A stretch of DNA of 40,289 nucleotides from Geosiphon pyriformis uo1 (taxonomy: Eukaryota; Fungi; Glomeromycota). Both the position numbers and the translations under genes were made by a program. Of the stretch, positions 14,293 through 23,200 are shown in pieces. The notes beneath the pieces are model-generated. The model had not been told where the DNA came from, made no database searches, and saw nothing but the letters and a program-made list of their open reading frames with translations. The DNA lies in the NCBI GenBank assembly GCA_016748015.1, contig JAAOMT010000518.1:510603-550891 (forward strand). Direction: 5' to 3'. The number at the start of each line of letters is the position of its first letter. Within the stretch, counting starts at the first letter, position 1.

Positions 14293-15672
14293 ATGAACAA
14301 CCACTTTTACAAAAACCTCAGCCAATACTTGGAAACACTACAAATAGACAAAGAAATACCAGTAAAAGAGCTAATTAAGCTCCAAAAATTAGCAAAACAT
14401 TATTTCATCCAAAATCACATACTTTATTACTGGAATTGACAAAATCCAAATAATTCATTAAGAGTTATAACCACGGATGAAAAAAAAACTATCTTATTTA
14501 ACATGCACTCAGATATTCATTCAGGCCACTTTGGAAAAACAGCAACCATCCAACGTGCAACTAGCTGTTACTATTGGCCAAAAATAAGTTCAGACATAAT
14601 CCAATACATAAGAAATTGTGATCCATGCCAACAAAGAGGAGGAGCAAAAACAATGGAATTATTAAGACCAATAAAAGTTGGACAGCCATTTGACAGAATT
14701 GAAATTGATTTAGTTGAATTCTTACCAATAACAACAAGAAACAACCATTATATTGCAGTAGCCATGGACTATCTCACCAAATGGCCAGAAGCTAAAGCTA
14801 TTAAAACAGCTAATGCTATTTCTGTAGCTCAATTTGTACATGAAGACTTAATTTGCTGGCATGGATGTCCACAAAAATTGCTATCAGATCAAGGCACACA
14901 CTTTGTAAACAGCACCTTAAAAGAACTTAGCCAAAAATTTGGAATCAAGCGACCACTGTTATCATCATATCACCCTCAAACAAATAGATTAGTTGAAAAA
15001 TTTAATCACACATTATGCGAATCACTGGCAAAAATTAGTAACAAACATGAAAAAGAATGGGATTTGTTCATATCAGCAATACTATTAACATATAGAATAG
15101 TAAAACAAGATACTACACAATTCACACTGTTTGAACTAATTTATAGAAGAAAAGCCACATTACCAGTTGAACTTACTATCCCAACTTATCCAAGTGACAC
15201 TATCATGGAAGCAACATTCTAGGAAATACTACTTAAAAAAACATACAAATTAATGAGAACTTTAGAAAACAAAAAAAGAAAAGCAGCACAAAATATTGAA
15301 CAATCACAAGAACAACAAAAAGTGAAATATGATAACCAGTTACCAGATAATATAATTAGCTACAAAATTGGAGATAAAATATTGTTGCATTGTACAAATA
15401 TGGAAAAACAGTGGAGTGGAAAATTTGATCACAAGTGGGATGAACCATTTTATATTTACGAAATACTTGGAAATAGAGCATACAAGCTAAGACTAAATGA
15501 TAAAATATTAAGAAAAGCAGCACATGGTAACCAGCTGAAATTATATTACAGTAAACCAGTAATAACAACAAAAACACCCAGAATTGGAACACAATTACCT
15601 TTAATTCTACCAGAACAAATTCCACGAGATTTAGAACCAATAGTTTTAATTGAACATTATTCAAAAAGATAA
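14293..15672 (+). pseudogene. Integrase of element B (separate ORF)
   Basis: ACAACA-ATG at 14293 is in frame with ORFs 14503 and 15253. Has H..GH..CDPCQ zinc finger, IDLV/DYLTKWPEA/SDQG core and a GPY/F-like KWDEPFY. Confidence 0.93.
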
Positions 15673-16739
15673 TTAATCTTAGATCACAGCAAAAATAATT
15701 TAACAACCATAAAAATGCATACAAAAGATTCCAAAATAGCAGTCAAAATTAAAACAATGATACTTATTCCAGAAAACATCAACAATATAACTCAACAATT
15801 AGTTGAAAGCTTACAACATTAAAATCCGATCTGGAAATCACAGTTAATAGTTCCAAAATAACATACATAAAAAGAACAATAAAAAATCCAAAAACAAGAA
15901 AAAAACATAATTTTGAACCATATAATATTACCAAATATAACAACAAATTTATCAGCAAAGTTATTGAAAAATTAGAGATAGCATTGGGCAATACATTAAT
16001 AATAGAAGAAATAGAAANNNNNNNNNNNNNNNNNNNNAAAAGATTCCAAAATAGCAGTCAAAATTAAAACAATGATACTTATTCCAGAAAACATCAACAA
16101 TATAACTCAACAATTAGTTGAAAGCTTACAACATTAAAATCCGATCTGGAAATCACAGTTAATAGTTCCAAAATAACATACATAAAAAGAACAATAAAAA
16201 ATCCAAAAACAAGAAAAAAACATAATTTTGAACCATATAATATTACCAAATATAACAACAAATTTATCAGCAAAGTTATTGAAAAATTAGAGATAGCATT
16301 GGGCAATACATTAATAATAGAAGAAATAGAAATAAGTAAATTAACACCAAACACATTTAGCAACTTGAAAACAAAATTTCCAATTAATTACTGTTATTAT
16401 TAACTAGGAAAGCACTTGAACATACAAACATTATACTCAAAAGACTCAACTAGAGTGTTTGACAAAACAACTATCCAACTATTAGAACCTTTTATTGAAA
16501 AAACCAACACTATATTCCATTCAAAAACAGTTTACAGAATTTTCAAAGCATTTGAAAACTGTCACAAATTATTGTTGGACCTAACCATAAACATAATAAC
16601 AACCAACAGTATTGGATGACTTACCAACTCGCAATTTCAAGAATTACAACAACAAATTAATAACACAGTATTGAACCACTATAGTAACTTAGAATTTAAT
16701 GAAGAAATTAACTTCGATTTTGATGGAGCTCAATTTTAA
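15669..16739 (+). pseudogene. Putative ORF3 of unknown function between IN and PPT (contains an assembly duplication)
   Basis: About 250 codons in one frame once the gap duplication is removed. It is broken only by TAA/TGA codons explicable as CAA/CGA, and ends ...FDFDGAQF* at the PPT. A homologous ending is present in E. Confidence 0.6.
16018..16037. other. Assembly gap (20 N) flanked by an exact 295-bp overlap
   Basis: 15723-16017 is identical to 16038-16332. Confidence 0.95.
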
Positions 16740-16752
16740 AAGAAGGGGATAA
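16738..16752 (+). promoter_or_regulatory. Polypurine tract of B
   Basis: AAAAGAAGGGGATAA immediately precedes the 3' LTR. Confidence 0.9.
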
Positions 16753-17626
16753 TGTTACAGTTTAAGAATTTAGCAAAAAAATCATAAAAATAATACAAAC
16801 TATTCAATTATAATATAGTGCAGTAATAATCTTAGAAAGGTAATGATTAACATAGTAGCAAACACCATCTTGTAATAGTGGCAAGCACCAGTTCACAATA
16901 GCAGCCAATACCAACTGGTGATAGCAGCAAACACCAGATTGAAATATCAAAAAGAAAGTATTACAATGTGTTTTCTCGTAGAATTACAAACATGTATATA
17001 TACAGTAGCTTTAATATTGGAAAAAAACAATCAAGTAATAAAAATCATAACTTATCAAGCAATAGATCCAATTTTATCCAACAAACTTCACTTTAAATCA
17101 TACATTCAAATTAAATATCCCAAGAAACTTTTAAATCAAAAAGAAATGAAAAAGAATATTTAAAACTGAATTATCACAACTCAAAGTATTAAGAAACTTC
17201 CTTGTATTATTTATTGAATGAAACTATCATTCATCAACTAAATCTCTTGGAAGAATAATTCTTGATCAAGATTATTCATGTTGTTACTAATTGATAAAAG
17301 CTTTATTATAAGAATTAGGAAAAGCACTAAAGGCCATTAACATTCTGTGTTTCTAGATTAGAGAAACACATTAGGCAATTGCAAGGATAGCCTTAGAGAA
17401 GACTCCAGACAGTGGGTAGATTTCAGTTCAGTCTCTGAGAAGGAGTACATAAACACACACAACAATCAGGAATTGAAGAATAACTTACATCACAACATTA
17501 AAAAAAAAACCTTTAGTATAACAGTGACATTATCACACAAATAGAATTGAAAAATTCATGAAAGACTGATTGCAATTAAAATGGGATATCAGCAATTAAA
17601 TATAACAAGAAAACCATCCTGTAACA
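16753..17626 (+). repeat. 3' LTR of B (874 bp)
   Basis: TGTTACAG...CCTGTAACA. Relative to the 5' LTR it has a 22-bp extra segment and one fewer 20-bp tandem unit. Confidence 0.97.
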
Positions 17627-17630
17627 ACAT

Positions 17631-18071
17631 TTTTTTGAAGAGAAAAGCTTTTTTTTATACAACTTGTTATAATACTAGTCTATGAACTTGCACTTTTTCT
17701 CTTTGCTCAAATTTCAGCGAACTAAAAATACACTTTGATGAGCTACAAGTTATTTCACTGAACTATTGATTAATTTGGATGAACTATTCATAATTTCGGC
17801 AAATTTTTATAAATTTTGGCGAATTTCATATAAATTTTGACAAATTTTTGTAAATTTCAACGAATTTTAGAATATTACAAAGTTCAGGGTATTGTGTAAT
17901 TTGATCATCTTACTTTCTGTTGTACTAATTGGATTATTAATTGAATCGTGATATGTGATAAATTGATTAAATAATAAGTGATAATTTGAAATGATATTAA
18001 TATACTAATTAATTATAGGGATTATAAGGGTAATTTTATGCTAATTACTAACTAAAATTCTACTGGTAACA
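17631..18071 (-). repeat. 5' LTR of A, U3 part
   Basis: Joins 7601 seamlessly once B and one TSD copy are removed. Reverse complement matches 33376-33790, starts TGTTACCAG, and has a TATA-like box at 17653-17659. Confidence 0.9.
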
Positions 18072-19150
18072 ATGCTGAACTGATTTTGTAATCTGATAAG
18101 AATGTTAGGGTCACAAAAATATTGCAGAAAGACAAGTTTAAAGGCAGCAAAGTCAGTTGGTTTCTCTGCAAGGCTTTGATACCATAAGTCTGTGGTTCCG
18201 GTCAGAAAGAATAGCAACGCTTAAATGGTTCTATCATTATCCCAATTGTTGATAGTGATGGCTTTCTTGGCTTTCACGATTCATATATATGTGTTATCTT
18301 CTTTACCAGAGAATTTCTCTAATTTGGCAATATTTTGGTAAGCCATGATCTGGTGAGTAGGTGGAGTCTTACTGATTGATGCCAAGAGGTTTGGTGTTTA
18401 CATACTAGAGTGTTCTCCTAGTGCTAATTCTGGTTGTTTCCCTTTGTTAATTTTCTCAATGGACTGAAGGATAGCTGTTTCTTTGGAGGGGGTGGTTGAT
18501 GATTTAGTCAATGGTTGGGTTGGTGGTGGTTCCCACGTCAATGTATTTCTATCTGTTTTGTTAAGTGTTGAGGTGAGATTTTCAAACAATGATCCATATT
18601 CTCCTAATGATTTGGTCCAACTATGTTGATTCCAAGGGTGTGGATTTCCAGGAGTGCGTGGTGTTTCCGACTGAGTTTCCAGAGGTGGATTGAATACAAT
18701 TCTACTTTGGAGTATCTGATAGTATAATGAGATAGTTGAAGAGAAAAACCTTGGTTTTTTGTTGACCATGGACTTGGCTTGGGCAGTTCCAGGGTTGTTG
18801 AATTCGTCTTTGTATTTGTCAAGGTCAGATTCCACTGGTTGTTGTACTTGAGAGAATCGTTTTGCTATGTAATATTTAATGTCTATATTAATTATGCGCA
18901 GAGTTTCAGTGATTGCTTGGGTAGTCGTGGCTGTTGAGTACTCTAATAAGCTTTGATGGATTTGTTCTTGCAGTCTTTCTGTGTTGGTTGCACAGCCTAA
19001 TAAGCAGTCAATTTTTGCATTGATATAGTTACAAAAATTACTTTCTGTGTAAGCAGTTTTTGTTGGTATTCCTAGGTCTTTTTGAAAGTATTAAAATAGT
19101 GCTCTTCCATATGGAGAGTAGTTCTTTTCTACTGTTTTAATAGTCACCAC
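18072..19150 (-). pseudogene. N-extension plus Gag N-terminus of D
   Basis: GTG at 19150 is in frame with ORF 18398..18835 and with the Gag ATG at 18346. YINAKIDCLLG resembles B YINARINHHIG. Confidence 0.8.
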
Positions 19151-19211
19151 TTTTGTGTATTTCTGGGGTGCTCTGTCTCTGTGGATTTATAACCTCACAA
19201 AGAGCACCAAA

Positions 19212-20261
19212 TGTTATGGATAAACTTGGTGGGTAATAGAAATAGTAACGTTTGGTGCTCTCAATTATTAGTAATGTATCTTCCACATAATTCTGTTGGC
19301 TTAGTCTCGATTATCAGTCTCTGAAGGTCTATTTTTGGATGTGAATTTACCTATTGAGTTCTTTGATTATAAGGCACAGAGTTCATTTTTCATTGATTGC
19401 AACGTTTTCTGTAAATGTAAGCTTTTCTTCTCCGAGCTAACAAGCATAGTCATTAGGATCTGGCAGTGTCTTTTTGCCTTTTTGGTAAGCTAACAAGATA
19501 ATATTAATATCCAAAACTTAGGGAGAGTCTCCCTCTTTTATCAGGCTATCATGAAGTCTATTTTCAGACAGTTAATTTTACTATATTGCTGCTCCACAAA
19601 AGAAAATAAGAAAGAAAGAAAAAGAAAGAAAAGAAAAGATAAATTAGTATTGTCAATCACTGTAATCAAGAGTGATTGGTCCAAGTTGTTAATAGTTCAA
19701 GGCAGTTATGCTAAAAACATCTGTTCTGGAATGAAGGTATGAAACAATGGTCAATTCACATAAATTCCACACAGTTCAAGAACATGAATTCATGATTCTG
19801 ATTTCTCAATAATTGATTTATTTCAGAAGATAAATATGGAATATAATAAATAAGAAGGAGGTATGAATATTTGTTTTTTGTCTAGTGGTTTGTATCTATC
19901 TCTGTCTTTTTCTATCTTTTACCACTATTCGCTTTTATACATTTTTTTGGTTTTATAAGATTGCTTCTGATTGTTTTATTATTGCTAACTATTGCTTTGT
20001 TATTTCTGTTATTGCTTTGTTCTTTTACGTTATTACTAGTTATCCTATGTTATAACATGTTATCTAGTGTTATTTTGTGTTATCCCATGATGTAACATGT
20101 TATCTTGTACTATTCTAAGTTATAACACATTATTCAACATTATTGCATGCTATCCTAAGTTATAATGCATTATTCAACGTTATTGTATGCTATTCTATGT
20201 TATGTCATGTTCTGGTTATGTTTCTTCATAACTTTAGATCAGTTTTTCTACTTGGGTAACA
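19212..20261 (-). repeat. 5' LTR of D (~1050 bp)
   Basis: TGTTACCC...CCATAACA termini, TATAAAA at 19933-19939 and internal tandem repeats. Confidence 0.82.
20035..20215. repeat. 10-bp-period tandem array in U3 of the D LTR
   Basis: TGTTATnnnn-type units (e.g. tgttataaca tgttatctag tgttattttg) with a higher-order ~40-bp repeat. Confidence 0.75.
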
Positions 20262-23200
20262 GCAGTCAAAGAAATTTAACAATTCTAAAAACCTAGATTT
20301 AAACTTCATTTTAATCAGCTTCAACAGTCTCTTTATCAAATACAACAAAATTATGGCCCTCTTGTATGTTATTATTGTAAATTAACTGAACATTTTTCAA
20401 AAGATTGCAATAATTTTCTTTTACTTCTACCAGTTTTTAGAAATAATAATAATTAAAACAACAGAACTAGTAATAATAATACTTCTAATTAAAGACTTAA
20501 TCATGTTAACATCAATTTTTTTAGAGAAGATCTCTTAGTTGAAACCATTGTTTATTAGCCTTTAAACTGATAAACACACTTCTAAAAAATAAGAGTACAA
20601 ACCAATCAGAAGAAAACCTCTTTTTTGCTTTTAACTTAATTAATAATGATTATAATATAGATGAACTAATTATTAACCTTTCTGAATTCAAAAGAAAAAA
20701 AAAGAAAGCCAAATTTGATTTGATTTTAGATTCCAATAAAGCCTCAATTTTTACTGCTAATAACAATAAATTATCAAAGACCAAAGTTTTTAAAAAATTT
20801 TTAAAGTTGAAATCCTCAAAAATTGTACAAAAATCTGAATCTTATTCTGTTGTCAAAGATCTTATAGAAACTTCAGTTCATATTACTTTTGGCCAATTAA
20901 TAATCTATCTACAATTCAGAAAAGCTTTTTGTAAATTATTAATATCAAAAAAAAAGATACCAAAAACCAACAAGCATTTTTGTTAAGCTGAACTTGCTAA
21001 TATTATTATTATTACTCCTCTAATTTGCAAAGTTCAAATGGCTAGTTACTTTATTGATTTAATTCTAAACAGTAGATTATCTGTTAGTATTATTGTTAAA
21101 TACTTCTTTGAAGCCATTGGCAAAAAAATTGATAAACTTTTAACTCAGTCTATAATTAATGTACATAATGACAAAAAAAAAATTTGACATACTCAAAGCT
21201 GTTTCTGTCTGAATTAATAATATTAGCATTAAAACTGACATAAAAGTTTCAAAAACAAAAAAATATATTATTATTATTAATAATAAATAACTTAAGAAAG
21301 CCAAAATCTTATTTAACTATAAGCTGTGTAAATTAATTATTAGATATAATAAAAAGTTAATTATAATTAAATATTATTATTGGACAACTCCTCTAGTATT
21401 CAAGCAGAACCAAGAAAAAAACAATTAGATAAATTAGATAATAAAAATAATAATAAAGAAAAAAAACAAAAAAAAACTGTTAAATTCACTTATACTATCT
21501 TTATTAGCAATAGTAAGTTATTAAATAATATTAAAGTTAACAAAAAAAGAATTATTGTAAATAGCAAACTAATTTGTTAGCCTTACTATAATATTTTTAG
21601 AAGAACTTTTAATAGAAAGCCTGGCAAGAAAGCCAAATACAGTTATTAATAGTATGTAATAAATACAAATTTTGCCTAATTTACTACAAAAATTAGAAAT
21701 TTATTAGCTTGATACCAAGAGAAGAGATAAAAAAAGTGCAAAAGTCTTTTGAGAATAAACTACTTAAGATATAGTTATTGATAATAAAACAAAAAAAACC
21801 TTTTTCAAAAGAAAAAAAATGGATATTGAAAATCTGTTAACTAAAAATAGTCTAATTATCTCAAAAAAAAATAATACTTTTGGACATATATATGTAATAC
21901 AACACACTATTATCATTAGAAAAACTTATTTTATCTACTTGAAGTCTTATTAATCTAATCATTACAATAATAAATTCATTAAGAAAAATAAACTGAATAA
22001 AAAGCCTTAAATTTATACAAAAAACCAAGAATAAATAAGTCTTTTTAGTTATAGTAATATTCAAAAAAGATAGAACTCTATACTTTTGTGTTAATTACTG
22101 CCAATTAAATGCTATTACTAAAAGAGACATGTACCTACTTTTTAAAATTAATGCAATGCTAAACCAATTTAATAATGCTGGTTTTTTCTTAATTATTAAT
22201 CTAATTGCTGGATTTTGGCAAGTAGAAATAAATTTAGAAAACAAAAAAAAACAGCTTTTATTACCAAGTATGGTACTTATAAATTCATCATTATGTCTTT
22301 TGGTCTTACCAATATCTCTTTTACTTTTTAATGTCTAATGAACAAAGTATTTGAATCAGTAAAAAAAAACTTTGTTTTAGTCTATTTAGATAATATAATA
22401 GTATTATTATAGTTTAAACTTATAGTTTTTATTAGTATCTTATATATTAGTCACTAATGTTATATAATTAATTGTCTTATTTTTAGATAGTGATTATTGA
22501 CTTGATTATTGATTATTTTTAATAGCTATATAAGCAATGAATCTCTTAGTTGTAAAAGGTATTAATATAACAAATGATTAAAAATAAATAAAATAATAAT
22601 TATCATATAAATTTTTTTTATATTACTTATTTTTCTTTTTCTACTTTTAAGTATCTAAATATCTTGAAATAAAAGATTGCTTGTTGGTATTTATTTATCC
22701 TTTTTTTGATTTGTATAATTGTAGTATTTGAAGATTATTGAATAAAATATGACTAAAAAATACATTTAATACTTAATATCAAATTCTAAAAGCACTAATA
22801 TAAAGCATAAAATTATATCAATATGTTATTATTTATTAACAGTATAGACTATTTTTTTATCTTTAAATTCCTTGGTTATTCTTTGAAAAAAATAGTAATT
22901 GAGATATTTTATAAGACTAATCTTACATATTAAATTCATACTCATTTAATTCACTCTTTGAAGTTGAATTCTCTTTGATTAATTCCATTATCCTATAATT
23001 CTGTTTTTTTTTGCTATTTATTAGCTTGTTATTCTAACTTGTAATAGTATACTTAAAAACTTGAGATAAATACCTTGAACATTTACAAAAAGTTTTTAAT
23101 TTCTTTAGAAATGCTGATCTCAAAATCAATTCAATTAAATTTTTTTTTGGATAATAATCTACCTAGTTTTTTGGTTATTTTATTACAAAAATAAAATCTT

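Larger units (their letters stand above)
7602..17626 (+). mobile_element. Full-length Ty3/Gypsy LTR retrotransposon B (dUTPase-bearing)
   Basis: Two ~870-bp LTRs (TG...CA), 4-bp TSD ACAT (7598-7601 and 17627-17630), PBS, PPT and the full domain set. Confidence 0.97.
18072..20261 (-). mobile_element. Gypsy element D, 5' part (LTR, PBS, N-extension, start of gag), interrupted by A
   Basis: The LTR 19212-20261 is followed by PBS TGGTGCTCTTTG. Gag MAYQNIAKLEKFSG...WYQSLAEKP is homologous to B Gag and is cut at 18072. Confidence 0.88.

Noticed and set aside
15723-16332. Perfect 295-bp tandem duplication
   Set aside because: It flanks a 20-N gap exactly and has no differences in a heavily mutated region, so it is a scaffolding overlap artefact.
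15779-16363. Hydrophobic antisense ORFs suggesting Env or membrane proteins (also 25306-25518, 9165-9371, 5290-5574)
   Set aside because: The antisense of A-rich coding strands is T-rich and gives Phe/Leu/Val runs automatically.
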